A stretch of 64,000 nt of DNA from Planktothrix sp. GU0601_MAG3 (GCA_035193785.1 CP136572.1:2772578-2836577), one strand, 5' to 3'; counted from the first letter of the stretch, positions 27,128-38,083 are shown. Made by a program: numbers and translations. Notes: generated from the letters alone by a model not told the origin.

Positions 27128-27164
27128 AGATTTTAGAAATCGTAAATGATATTTTAATTATAGA

Positions 27165-27437
27165 TTAACTTTGCGGATAAGAAATTGTACTAGCCAGATA
27201 ATTTACACTCCTCAAAATCTGGCTTAATGCTTCTTCCCCTGGTATGGGTTGCACTCTACCAGTCCTAATTTCATCTCGACGCTGTTTTGCTTCTGCTATC
27301 CATAGTGTTTGTATCGTTTCATCAACATCAAACTCCAAACTTTCGACTAATTTCTCGACGAGAAGCACTCTCGATGCACTGGGTAAAGACAATGCTTCTG
27401 TTATTAATTCCTCAACGGTTTCGCATAAAGTAATCAA
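27165..27437 (-). CDS. Addiction-module antitoxin component (TIGR02574-like)
   Basis: EALSLP...R..LVE.L..SL, W..EA..R..EI..G.V..IPGEE pattern. Confidence 0.75.
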   Translation of the reverse strand: MITLCETVEELITEALSLPSASRVLLVEKLVESLEFDVDETIQTLWIAEAKQRRDEIRTGRVQPIPGEEALSQILRSVNYLASTISYPQS

Positions 27438-27529
27438 AATTGGAACTGCTCTGATTGTAACAAGTCAGTTCAGAATTGCCTAGCCTACCATTTTTAAAAA
27501 ATAATTATTATCTTAACTTTATCAGTTTT

Positions 27530-28363
27530 TTAGCTTTCTGCAAAATAATCGGAATCTATTTTATAAGTTTCATACTGTTTAACAATGGAGACTCCAACAC
27601 CATAAGTAATCATTAAATCTGAAAGCATTTTACCATCAATTAAAACAATATGTTTCTGCTGTTTGTTTGCATACTCAATAGCTGTATCTGCAAAAGATGA
27701 AGTGGTAATAAAAACACCTTTTTGTATACTTTCCATAGCTCCAACAAACTGTTGAAGTTCTGGACGACCGACTTTTTTAGGAGGAGTATAACGTTTAGCT
27801 TGAATATAAATTTTTCCTAACCCTAGACGGTCTTCCTTAATCACACCATCAATACCACCATCGCCTGGACTACCCTTAACTAATCCAGCATTTGGAAAGT
27901 CTCCGCCATATCCCATCTTCAAAAGTAAATCTACAACTAACACTTCAAAAAAAGCTGGATCTGATAAAATTATAGTTGATAAGAGTTGCTGCTTAATCAC
28001 ATTTCTATGTTCAAGATAAGCCTTATAAATAGTTTCTTCTGGAATTTGATCTGTTAGATCAGATGTTGTAGATAAATCACGCTCATTATTTTCGTCCTCC
28101 TTGAGAAAATATTTAATTATTTTTCCATCTTTAGAAGCAATTTTAAAATGTTTGACCGGACTAGCCGATGGAAAATCTAAACCAACACAATGCCTTCTTA
28201 TTTCCCCTAACACAACATTCTTAGGTTCTTTGGCTCCAAAGTTATATAAACCAAACTCAATAATTTTTTCATAAACCTCTTTAGGAGTTAGCGGGTTTCC
28301 TGAAAGTCTTAATACTTCTTTTATAGCTCCTACAATGGTTAATTTATTTTCGTCATTAGTCAT
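27530..28363 (-). CDS. mrr: Mrr-family (type IV) restriction endonuclease with N-terminal HTH
   Basis: FFEVLVVDLLLKMGY, GDGGIDG, YIQAKRY, KGVFITTSSF, LIDG. Confidence 0.9.
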   Translation of the reverse strand: MTNDENKLTIVGAIKEVLRLSGNPLTPKEVYEKIIEFGLYNFGAKEPKNVVLGEIRRHCVGLDFPSASPVKHFKIASKDGKIIKYFLKEDENNERDLSTTSDLTDQIPEETIYKAYLEHRNVIKQQLLSTIILSDPAFFEVLVVDLLLKMGYGGDFPNAGLVKGSPGDGGIDGVIKEDRLGLGKIYIQAKRYTPPKKVGRPELQQFVGAMESIQKGVFITTSSFADTAIEYANKQQKHIVLIDGKMLSDLMITYGVGVSIVKQYETYKIDSDYFAES

Positions 28364-28454
28364 GTTAGCTATTAATTTTGAGGTTAATTAAAAATTTAGA
28401 ATATTCTAGTGATATTAATGCTAAGTATAAGGTGGGCAATGCCCACCCAATATT

Positions 28455-29691
28455 TTAAACCTTAAACTTCTCGGTAATTCGACGCATGGCTTCCTCTACG
28501 TTTTCCCGACTATTAAAAGCAGAAATACGGAAATATCCTTCCCCGGCGGCACCGAAACCTGAACCTGGAGTCCCGACAACATTACAGGTTTGTAAGAGCT
28601 TATCGAAGAAATCCCAACTCGATAAACCTTGGGGAGTTTTCACCCAAACATAGGGGGCATTTTCGCCTCCATAAACGCTTAATCCAGCCGCCGTTAATTG
28701 CTCCCGAATAATTTGGGCGTTTTCCATATAAAATTGAATTAACGCCTTAACTTGAGCTTTTCCTGCTTCCGAATAAACCGCTTCCGCCGCCCGTTGAATA
28801 ATATAGGAAACGCCGTTAAATTTAGTTGCTTGACGACGATTCCATAACTTCCATAATTCCACATTGGAACCATCTTTGGCTTTAGCTGTTAAGGTTTTTG
28901 GAACAACCGTAAAAGCGCAACGAGTTCCAGTAAATCCGGCGGTTTTGGAGAAGGAACGAAACTCAATGGCGCAATCTTTTGCTCCTTCAATTTCATAGAT
29001 AGAACGGGGTAAATTCGGGTTAGAAATAAACGCTTCATAGGCGGCATCATATAGTATAATAGAACCGTTGGCTTTAGCGTATTCTACCCAGGCGGTTAAG
29101 TGTTCTTTGGTTGCCGTTGCCCCGGTGGGATTATTGGGAAAACAGAGATAAATTAAATCAACTTTTTGGGTAGGAATCGCAGCAGTAAAATTATTTTCCG
29201 CCGTAATGGGAATATAAACTAATCCCCCATATTCTCCTTTTTCATTGGCATCTCCGGTGTGTCCTGCCATCACATTTGTATCCACATAAACGGGATAAAC
29301 CGGGTCAGTTACGGCAATAATATTATCGTCTCCAAAAATATCTAAAATATTTCCGGTATCACATTTTGAACCGTCAGAAATGAAGATTTCATCGGCGTCA
29401 ATATCGCAACCTCTGGCTTGGAAATCGTTGGCGGCGATGGTTTCGCGTAACCAACCATAGCCCTGTTCGGGGCCGTAACCTTTGAAGCTGTCACGGTTGC
29501 CCATGTCTTCCACAGCTTGCACCATGGCTTGGCGACAGGCTTGGGGCAGGGGTTTCGGTGACGTCCCCAATACCTAAACGAATGATTTTGGCGTCGGGGT
29601 TGGCTTCTGCAAAGGCATTCACCCGGCGGGCAATTTCGGGGAATAGATATCCGGCTTTGAGTTTGAGATAGTTATCGTTAAGGGTTGCCAT
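28455..29691 (-). CDS. dapL: LL-diaminopimelate aminotransferase (frameshift at 29552-29556)
   Basis: [50 protein letters not shown]. Confidence 0.96.
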
Positions 29692-29780
29692 AGTTGCTTA
29701 CAAATGCAAAATTTAGGGTGTAATTTCAGTCTTCCAAAGTAACTGAATCTTCTATAATACAAGGGTTTGGGATCGGCTTT

Positions 29781-30395
29781 TTAAACTTTTGTCCAGAGGG
29801 CAAGACCACCGCCTCTACCTCTAGCTGCAATTAGATTAGGCGTAATCACAAAAAAGGCAAAAAAGGCTTGTTTTTTGATAGAATCTTGATAGAATTGTGC
29901 CGAATTACTTGAGGTTCCGGGCATTTTACCTTCATAAATATTTAAGCCAAACAGTTTAGAAGTAAGATGGGTAAAATCGAAGGCGAGAATATTCTTTTTT
30001 TCTAAGAATTTAGCGGGGCCAGTTAGGGTTAAATTAAACCCATTTAACTGAACGCAATTTTGAATAATTCCGGCGTCTATTTCCGTCGGTGCTTCTATTT
30101 TTAAGAGGGGATGGGGATATCGGGAATAGATAATTTGTAGATTCAGAAAACTAGGAATATAAAGTCCGTTTCCCTTAATAAATCCGGCTTGTTTACGGAC
30201 TTTCTGAGTTCCACTTATCCAACAAAGTCGCCAATTTCCGATCAAAGATTCAAAACTATGCTTTTCTTTGGTTTTTTTGGCTAGGTTTTCACATCTAATT
30301 AAGGTTTCAGCGACAATAGAAGAATTGGGCTTTTCTCCCTTACCTGTTAACACAAATTGAGATACTTTTTCTAACAACAGAAGATCATTTTCCAT
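29781..30395 (-). CDS. Hypothetical protein
   Basis: 204-aa ORF (LIGNWRL, LAFDF, ARGRGGGLALW). Confidence 0.7.
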   Translation of the reverse strand: MENDLLLLEKVSQFVLTGKGEKPNSSIVAETLIRCENLAKKTKEKHSFESLIGNWRLCWISGTQKVRKQAGFIKGNGLYIPSFLNLQIIYSRYPHPLLKIEAPTEIDAGIIQNCVQLNGFNLTLTGPAKFLEKKNILAFDFTHLTSKLFGLNIYEGKMPGTSSNSAQFYQDSIKKQAFFAFFVITPNLIAARGRGGGLALWTKV

Positions 30396-30453
30396 GGGAT
30401 TTTATGGTTGTTGGCTGTTGGCTGTTGGTGCGGGCAAAGAACACTTACGCACC

Positions 30454-31933
30454 CTATAATTGTTCCCCATCTGCTTCTATAATGTGGGGCGCATTTCGAG
30501 AAATTAACCAAGTTAGAAAGCCCCCGACGATTGCTAATCCTGCTAAACTCATAAATACATTAGATAACCCGATTAAGGTTTCCGCAAATCCCGCCAAAGC
30601 TAGGGGTAAACTCAAGGCAATATTAATCGCATTATTCTGAAGACCAAAGACTTTTCCGCGCATGGCTTCGGGGGTTTCGGCTTGAATTGTGGTTTGCATC
30701 GGAATCGCCACAATTGCTCCAAAAATTCCTAAGCAGAAAATTAAGATTAAAGTCGGCCACAATCGTTCATTAAATAGGGATAATCCCCCCAAGGATGCGG
30801 CGACTCCAAAAGAACCCATTAACGCCAATTGGAAATGGGTAAATCTATGACCCAGATGACCCAGAACCGTTGCCCCAAGACCCATTCCTGCCCCTCCAGC
30901 AGCTAATAGAAAGCCAAATTGGGAGGAACTAATCTCGGGAATAATTTCCGCCAAACGCACGGCTAAAACCGCTAGGGCGGCAAAAATAGAAAACAGAATA
31001 ATTAATTGTAGTAAAGCATTTCTAATTAAAGTATGATTGCTTAAATAGCGAATCCCATCGCGTAAATCTTCTAAAATATGGGGTTGTTCATGGTCGGAAT
31101 GATTATTTTTTTCTTGGGTATTTAAAAGCATCAGAATCAACCCAGCAATTACATATTCTCCCCCGACAATTAATTCTTTTCCTATAGATTGTAAACCAAT
31201 TTGATTGGAAATTAAATCCGCTAGGGCTAATAGGGGTTCTCCCACCGCAAACCCAACAATCACCGAAGCCATCATGGTTGTGGTATACAGAGAATTAGCG
31301 GATAATAAATGGCGTTTTTCCACAACTAAAGGAATCGCCGATTGTTCCGCCGGAGCAAAAAATTGGGTTAAGGTAGATACTAAAAAAGTGGTAATTAATA
31401 AAATATAAAATCCCACGGGTAACTGACTAAAATATTGATCTTGAAACAGCCATAAAATTAGGGGTAAAGCCATAACTAACCCCCCGCGTAATAGATTGGT
31501 AATCACTAAAACCGCTTTTTTTGACCATCGATCTACAAATACTCCCGCCCCCGCCCCAAACAAAATTGCAGGAATAGTAAACGCCATCATAATTGCTGAT
31601 ACCCAACCACTAATGGTTTGATCAGCCTGTTGAAAGCGAGTGGAAATAATGGCAATCATTAATACTAAATAAACCTTATCCGCCAGTTGAGAAAACAGTT
31701 GTCCACTCCAAAGGGCGAGGAAATTTTTGTTTCTCAGGACGGGTAAAAATCCCCGTTCTTCTTCCCCTGGGGGTTCGGGAACAGGGCCATTGTGATCGGA
31801 ATGATTTTTTCCATTGTCCAATTCTGCGGAAACTAGACGGGGTAATTTCTATCAAGGAGTCGGTCTCCCAATCTTTCATAATGGCCAAGGGTGGATGGAA
31901 TTCAAAGTTTTTTTCTAAATCTGGCGATCGCAT
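30454..31933 (-). CDS. MFS transporter (N-terminal frameshift at 31829-31833)
   Basis: Multiple TM segments; LWSGQLFSQLAD, GVFVDRWSKK, RGKVFG. Confidence 0.9.
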
Positions 31934-32007
31934 CTTATAATCTTAAATCACTATCCTAAGAGCAGTCAGGCTTGAGCGAAAATTGACACTCTCTCCTCAA
32001 CATTTTA

Positions 32008-33461
32008 TTGACACTCTCAGGTCTGAAGACACTGAGATTCTGCGGACAGAATTAGTTTAATCTAATTCTCGCTACGACTGCCAAAGATCGTCTACTGAGT
32101 TGATTAAGCGACAAACCTAATCTTCCCGATACTTTTCTTAGAATATTAGCTGCACCATTTAAGTCAGCGTTAACAACAAAACAATCAGACGTCCGATAAA
32201 GACCACGCTTAATTCTGTTTCCAGATGCTTTCCACCCCATCGGTTTTTCACCGTATTTAGGCAGGGAGTCTCCATCTAAGAAACTAGCTTTTGAAGTATA
32301 GGCTTCCTCGGTTTCAATAAACCTAATCCCGTGTAAATCACAAAGTTGTTTTACACGGGATTTTAATTTACCCAAAGGCATTTGAACAAACTTTTGATTG
32401 TTCAAATTCCCTAGATTTGCATGAATTTTAAATCCTTCATTCCAACCTATCACCAAAGTTCCAATACCGCATTTCAGGCAATGGTTGATAATTTGTTTAG
32501 CAGCTTTATTAATCCCGTCACGCATTTGGTGATTGCGTTTACGAGTTACATGATCTAACCAATTATCCCAATATCCTTTGGGTTTACCTTCTTGGCGGGT
32601 TGATACCTTTTTATTCCAAAGTTGATTCATAGCCTTCATTGCTCTAGCATCAATCAAAAAGGAATTTCCTAAAGTATCAACACAAGCTGCTAAATTATCA
32701 GCAGTTCCTAAATCAATAGACAACGCTTGGTTAATATCTAATTTGTGGCTTTGTTTCTCTAATTCGTAGGATACTTCTAAATAAAAAGCACCATTTTTAG
32801 GAAGAATAGTAAACTCCTTGACTTTGGAGTAATCAAGATTAGATGGCATGGGCAAGAAGAATTCTGATACCCCAAACCATCTTTTAACTGTTGATCCAAG
32901 AGAAAATCTAAGTTGACCGTTAATTAACGTTGGTCTTTGTCCTCCAGAATTAGGATAAGCAACTTTAAACAGTTTAGAACCTTTCAGATAACCGGGAGGT
33001 TTAGGTCTAAAATGTAGCTGACCTTTCTTTTGTAAATCTCTCAAGTTTTTGAAAGATTTGAATGCTTCCGTCACCGACATCAAGGTTTGCTGCATCGGTG
33101 TTGATGGCATTGATTGTGCTAATAAAGATTTTGAAACCGATGGTTCAAAAGCTAAATCAAACTTTCCAGTTAGTAACTTACCCGTCTTAAACAATGTTTG
33201 ACGAGCAAAATAAATTCCCGTGTTGTACAATTTACCTGATTGTTGACAAAGGTATTCTAATAATGCACGGGTTTCTGTATCTGGAGACAATAATGTTTGC
33301 TGTACTCCCATTGTTTTACTTGTCTTAGTCATTGACTCGACTATCACGATCATGTTGTTTTTTATGATAGCATAACTAAATATTTCTAGGCGAATAAATT
33401 CCCCTGGGTCGTGTTTCCTCTGGTGGTCTAAAGACACGCTCGTTTCCACACTCCCATCCTG
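32008..33461 (-). mobile_element. IS200/IS605-family element carrying tnpB only (left boundary approximate)
   Basis: Subterminal hairpins share GGTCT(A/G)AAGACAC (32016-32036, 33410-33438); right end TCAA on the minus strand. Confidence 0.8.
32052..33332 (-). CDS. tnpB: TnpB RNA-guided endonuclease
   Basis: RuvC motifs SIDLG, IGWNEG, EEAYTSK, NADLNGAANI; start at MTKTSK inferred. Confidence 0.93.
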   Translation of the reverse strand: MTKTSKTMGVQQTLLSPDTETRALLEYLCQQSGKLYNTGIYFARQTLFKTGKLLTGKFDLAFEPSVSKSLLAQSMPSTPMQQTLMSVTEAFKSFKNLRDLQKKGQLHFRPKPPGYLKGSKLFKVAYPNSGGQRPTLINGQLRFSLGSTVKRWFGVSEFFLPMPSNLDYSKVKEFTILPKNGAFYLEVSYELEKQSHKLDINQALSIDLGTADNLAACVDTLGNSFLIDARAMKAMNQLWNKKVSTRQEGKPKGYWDNWLDHVTRKRNHQMRDGINKAAKQIINHCLKCGIGTLVIGWNEGFKIHANLGNLNNQKFVQMPLGKLKSRVKQLCDLHGIRFIETEEAYTSKASFLDGDSLPKYGEKPMGWKASGNRIKRGLYRTSDCFVVNADLNGAANILRKVSGRLGLSLNQLSRRSLAVVARIRLN

Positions 33462-33497
33462 ATTTTATGATTAATTGGATCAGTGGCATGACTAATA

Positions 33498-34440
33498 TTA
33501 GAATGGGGGATCAATAATAAATTGGTGGGTAAAGGTATCAATCAGCGACGCGGAACGGATACAACACCCTAAATGATATTCTGTATATTGTCGTAATGTC
33601 CGTTCTACGGTCATCCAGTCCCAAGCCCAAATCAGTTCACGGGACGATACCTCTGGGTTTCAGGAGTTCGGGCTGGGCTAAGTATTGCAGAATAGCTAAC
33701 TGTCCGGCGGTGAGTTTTGTATTAATTTTAAGTTGGGGTTGAGGCACACTTTCTATGGTGTAAAGGTTCCCAGACTCCTTAATTGTAGGGGTTTTTGAGG
33801 TGACGGGAATCGGTTTTTGAGAGTGGGGACGGGATGGAGTTTGTGATGGCGTCCACTCCGATAAATTAATAATTCCCCCGGTTTCAATACTAAACCCAAC
33901 CCGCCAATGTTCATCGGTAAAATTAGGCTGAAGTCGTCGTTGACTTAAACAACATAATTGTACTTGGGGTGCGGTTCCCGCTAGGGCGAGAAGATGGAAA
34001 ATTCCTTGGGTTAAACAGGCAATAATTTGAGTGGAATTAGCAATTAAATGGGAATTAGAAAGGGTTTGTAAACGGTTTAAATGTTCATTGAGGAGGATAA
34101 ATAAATCCTCTTGGGGATGATCGCTAAGGGCTTGACTGAGGGCTAATTCTGCTAAATATTGACTGGCGGCTAATTTACCTAAATTTTTACTTAAGCCTCC
34201 ATAGGTGGTGACGGTTTCGGCTTGGGTTATTTTATCGAGCGATCGCCCTTTAGCAATTAATAATTGATTGACAACAAATAATTCACTCCGTCCTCCTAAC
34301 GGGGATTTTGCTTTTCTGGCTCCGGGTGCAATGGCTTTAATTAATCCAAATTCCCGGGTTAAAATAGTTAAGAGGCGATCGGATTCTCCAAAAGGTTGAG
34401 CTTTTAAATTAATCCCCGTAGCACTATAGGTTTTACTCAT
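33498..34440 (-). CDS. recO: DNA repair protein RecO (frameshift at 33657-33661)
   Basis: GESDRLLTILT.EFGLI.A.APGARK; repaired C-terminus W.TVERTLRQY...IRSASLID. Confidence 0.93.
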
Positions 34441-34453
34441 TAAATTTTGGCTA

Positions 34454-35134
34454 TTAACTCTCTTTTTTACCTTCGGTTTTCAAAATATCAACGGCCCGGG
34501 AAGTGCCTAAACGAGTGGCTCCTGCTACAATTAAATCAACAGCTTGTTGGTATGTACTAATGCCGCCGGAGGCTTTAATTCCGATGCGTCCTTTGGTGAC
34601 AGATTTAATTAGTTCAATATCGGCCACGGTCGCCCCTCCATACCAACCCGTACTGGTTTTAATATAAGCAATTCCCGTATCCATTAAGACCTCAACAGCC
34701 AAACATTTTTCTTCCTCTGTTAGTACACTGGTTTCAATAATTGCCTTAACCGTTTGTCCAGTTTCTTCACAAATTTCTGCTATTTCTCGATGCAATTCTT
34801 CAGTTTTTCCTGTTTTCAACCAACTTAAATTAATCACTACATCTAATTCCGTCGCGCCATTTTCGACGGCTTCCTGGGCTTCATAGAGTTTAACCTTAGA
34901 AGTTGTCGCTCCGGTAGGAAATCCGATCACAGTGCAGACCTGGGGCGTTTTTCCTTGCAACAATTCTTTCACGAATTTAACATAACTGGGAAATACACAA
35001 ACACTGGCAAATTTATATCTGTCTGCTTCATAACAATACTGTTGAATTTGTTCCGGTGTTGCCGTTTGATTCAGTAAGGTATGATCAATATAGGGAGTAA
35101 TATCTAATCCTTTAGGATTAATAGATTTAGCCAT
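34454..35134 (-). CDS. deoC: Deoxyribose-phosphate aldolase
   Basis: [40 protein letters not shown]. Confidence 0.96.
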   Translation of the reverse strand: MAKSINPKGLDITPYIDHTLLNQTATPEQIQQYCYEADRYKFASVCVFPSYVKFVKELLQGKTPQVCTVIGFPTGATTSKVKLYEAQEAVENGATELDVVINLSWLKTGKTEELHREIAEICEETGQTVKAIIETSVLTEEEKCLAVEVLMDTGIAYIKTSTGWYGGATVADIELIKSVTKGRIGIKASGGISTYQQAVDLIVAGATRLGTSRAVDILKTEGKKES

Positions 35135-35199
35135 AAAATTGATTGTAATTTAGTGAGACATTAATTATATTATAGAGCAATTCTAAATTATTGAACACT

Positions 35200-35243
35200 A
35201 GGGAACAGGGAACAGGGAATAGGGAATAGGGAATAGGGAATAG
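35200..35243 (+). repeat. AGGGAAC/AGGGAAT heptamer array
   Basis: About six tandem units. Confidence 0.85.
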
Positions 35244-35315
35244 AAATAATATTTCTGGCCGTTTCCTGTCGGTTGTAAGTTATTATAAACTATTGAGGAT
35301 TGCTATATAAATTAT

Positions 35316-36617
35316 TTACTCTGATTTTTTTCTTTTTCTAGGCTCAATTACATGGGGATCAACATTGTAATGTTTTGCAGCTTGAGATATATTAAAATAT
35401 AATAACGCATTATCACCTAATTTTTTCTTTTCCGTTGGTTGACTGGGAATTATCCCCAAAAGTTTGATAATTTCCCCCGCCACTGCTTTAGCTAATAAGG
35501 GCGGAACAGAATTTCCTACCTGTCGAAAACCGTGCCATTTTGTCCCTTGAAATCTAAACCAGTCGGGATAGGAATGTAAGCGGGCGGCTTCTCTAACCGT
35601 AATACAACGGGGGGTATAGGGATGAATCGGACGGGGGGAAGTAAAGGCGCCTCGGTTGCTAGGTGTTCCGGCTCTTAAAGTATTACATAAACCTTGGGGA
35701 TGGAGTTTATGAAATCGACTAATTTTTTCCGTTTTTCCCCATTCCGTGGCTTCAAATCGGGCGGTAGAGGTGGGAGAATGGCGCGATCGCAAACTACAGG
35801 TTAACAGATTTTGATCGAAAATTCTCGGATAGGAAAAATTATCTTTAACCGCAAGTAATCCCCGCAATAATTGAGCATAACTACTTGGTTTTTGATATTC
35901 GGCTAGGGTATAATCTTTTAGGAATAATTCAGGATATTGTTCAATAGTTGGTAAATCTCCAATGGCATCCCAAACCGTCGGACAGGGAGAAAAGTTATTA
36001 AAATTACTATCAATTTTAGGATTAACTCTTGGCGGTTTTGTGATGGGTTGAGGATAACCAGGTAAGGGTAAATCTTGCCGAGATCCTAAAATAAATAAAC
36101 GTGATCTATCTTGAGGGACACCATAATAGGAAGCATTTAAAACTTGATAGCTTTCTATGACTTGATAACCCTGACTTTGCAGCTTATCAATAATCTCAGT
36201 AATAAATTGTCGATGTTTTCCCACCGTCAAACCTGGAACATTTTCTAAAACAAAATATCTGGGTTGTAATTCATCAACTAACCGAATAAAGTGAAACATT
36301 AAACTATTTCTGGGATCATCAAAAGCCCGTTTTCCCATTAAGGAAAAACCCTGACAAGGTGGGCCCCCAAATACCACATCAATCTCTCGATCTCCAATCT
36401 CAGAATCCCGTCTAATTTCTAATCCCTTGAGGGTTTCCATACTTTGACAAAACACCTGCCAAAAGGGAAAATTATATTCATGGGTAGCACAATGAATCGG
36501 GTCAATTTCCACGGCGGCTAAAACATCAAATCCAGCCTGTTCAAAACCCAGGGTCATGCCTCCCGCACCCGCAAACAAATCTATAGCAATCGGTCGTTTT
36601 TGAGTCTTCACGGTCAA
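35316..36617 (-). CDS. DNA (cytosine-5)-methyltransferase, no adjacent REase
   Basis: DLFAGAGG, GGPPCQGFS, ENV, PQDRSR, TVREAARL, QVGNSVPP. Confidence 0.95.
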   Translation of the reverse strand: MTVKTQKRPIAIDLFAGAGGMTLGFEQAGFDVLAAVEIDPIHCATHEYNFPFWQVFCQSMETLKGLEIRRDSEIGDREIDVVFGGPPCQGFSLMGKRAFDDPRNSLMFHFIRLVDELQPRYFVLENVPGLTVGKHRQFITEIIDKLQSQGYQVIESYQVLNASYYGVPQDRSRLFILGSRQDLPLPGYPQPITKPPRVNPKIDSNFNNFSPCPTVWDAIGDLPTIEQYPELFLKDYTLAEYQKPSSYAQLLRGLLAVKDNFSYPRIFDQNLLTCSLRSRHSPTSTARFEATEWGKTEKISRFHKLHPQGLCNTLRAGTPSNRGAFTSPRPIHPYTPRCITVREAARLHSYPDWFRFQGTKWHGFRQVGNSVPPLLAKAVAGEIIKLLGIIPSQPTEKKKLGDNALLYFNISQAAKHYNVDPHVIEPRKRKKSE

Positions 36618-36669
36618 TTATTTTTACTGAAAAATGTTAAATTAGAGTCCAAGTTTTTGTTATCACTCC

Positions 36670-38031
36670 CTAGGATATACTAACATCAGGCGACCAATTT
36701 TGGAGGACTCGCCCGGTAATTTCTTGTCCCAACCAGGGAGTATTAATAGAGCGAGATTTTAGGGTATTTGCATTAACAACCCAAGAAGTTTTCGGATTAA
36801 ATAATATCATTTCTGCGGGTTGATCCGGTTGAATAGAATAGGGAGTTTGTTGTAAACAAATAGCCGGGTTACTGCTTAAAAATCTCCATAAATCTAGGGC
36901 TGACCATCGCCCCGACTCAACAAAGGTTTTCCATAATAGGGGTAATGCTAATTCTAACCCAATTACACCCGGGGGCGCATCGGCAAAGGCAACGGTTTTT
37001 TCTTCATAACTATAGGGGGTATGATCAATGGCGATCGCATCAATAATTCCCGTCTCTACTCCTTGAATTAAAGCCTGTTGATCCGATGGATTTCCCAAGG
37101 GAGGATCGACTCTTAAATTAGGGTCGTAGGGGAGAGGAATAGAAGTAAGAATCGCCGGATCTTCATCTTCTAATGGTCGATTCCAAATCCGATTAATAGA
37201 TGCTGTATTTAATAATAAATGTATCCAACTTGTACTGGCGGTAATCGGTAAATTACGGGCCTTAGCTTGGGCAATTAATTCTACACTTCGGGCTGTAGAA
37301 ACCCGCATAATATGAACCGGAGTTGCCGTTACTTCTACTAATTCTAATATGGCGGCTAAGGCTGCGGTTTCAGCAAATTGAGGGATTCCGGGCAAACCAC
37401 ATAATATAGAATCATGCCCCTCTCGCATGACTCCATTAACTGCTAATTGGCGATCGCAAGCATATAAAGCCAAGGGTTTATTTAAAGGTTTTAAATATTC
37501 TAATATTCTTCTTAATAACGCTAAATTTTCCAGAGGTTTACCCTCCGCAAAACCCACAATATTCGCCTCGGCTAATTCACTCAATTCCGTCATTTGTTGA
37601 CCCGCAACATCTTGGGTTAATGCACCCCAAAGATATAATTTTGGACGCTGAAACTCAGAATTGAGAATAGCAACTTTTTCAGATCGTTGTTGTAATAATG
37701 TCACCGTTGCTGGGTTATCAATGGCTGGAATAGTATTAGGTAAAATCCCTAACCGTGTAAATCCTCCAGCAGCAGCAGCATTCAATAAAGAAGTTAAATT
37801 CTCCCTTTCCTCAAATCCCGGCTCCCCACTCTGACTATATAAATCAACTAATCCCGGCCCTAAAATCAAGCCTTCACTATTAATAATTTGGGTATTTTCT
37901 GGATAATTATTAATTTCAGATTCAATGGTTTTAATATAACCATCAATTACCAAAATATCGGCAACTTGATCCCGTTTAGAAACCGGATCAATCACACGAA
38001 CTTGCTTTAAAAGTTGACAATTCATATTCAA
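36670..38031 (-). CDS. pyrC: Dihydroorotase-like protein (PyrC'-type, metal ligands altered)
   Basis: PGLVDLYSQSGEPG, AAAGGFT, PNT.P, AIDHTP, PPG.IGLE. Confidence 0.85.
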   Translation of the reverse strand: MNMNCQLLKQVRVIDPVSKRDQVADILVIDGYIKTIESEINNYPENTQIINSEGLILGPGLVDLYSQSGEPGFEERENLTSLLNAAAAGGFTRLGILPNTIPAIDNPATVTLLQQRSEKVAILNSEFQRPKLYLWGALTQDVAGQQMTELSELAEANIVGFAEGKPLENLALLRRILEYLKPLNKPLALYACDRQLAVNGVMREGHDSILCGLPGIPQFAETAALAAILELVEVTATPVHIMRVSTARSVELIAQAKARNLPITASTSWIHLLLNTASINRIWNRPLEDEDPAILTSIPLPYDPNLRVDPPLGNPSDQQALIQGVETGIIDAIAIDHTPYSYEEKTVAFADAPPGVIGLELALPLLWKTFVESGRWSALDLWRFLSSNPAICLQQTPYSIQPDQPAEMILFNPKTSWVVNANTLKSRSINTPWLGQEITGRVLQNWSPDVSIS

Positions 38032-38057
38032 GTATCAGGTGTTAATTTTAGGGTGCA

Positions 38058-38083
38058 GTAGAGACGAGCCACGGCGCGTCTCT
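38058..38083. repeat. GTAG-type REP palindrome (degenerate)
   Basis: GTAGAGACGAGCCACGGCGCGTCTCT. Confidence 0.75.

Noticed and set aside
31982..32018. Calling the two 12-bp repeats a CRISPR array
   Set aside because: Only two short repeats with a 13-nt gap; kept as a right-end duplication finding
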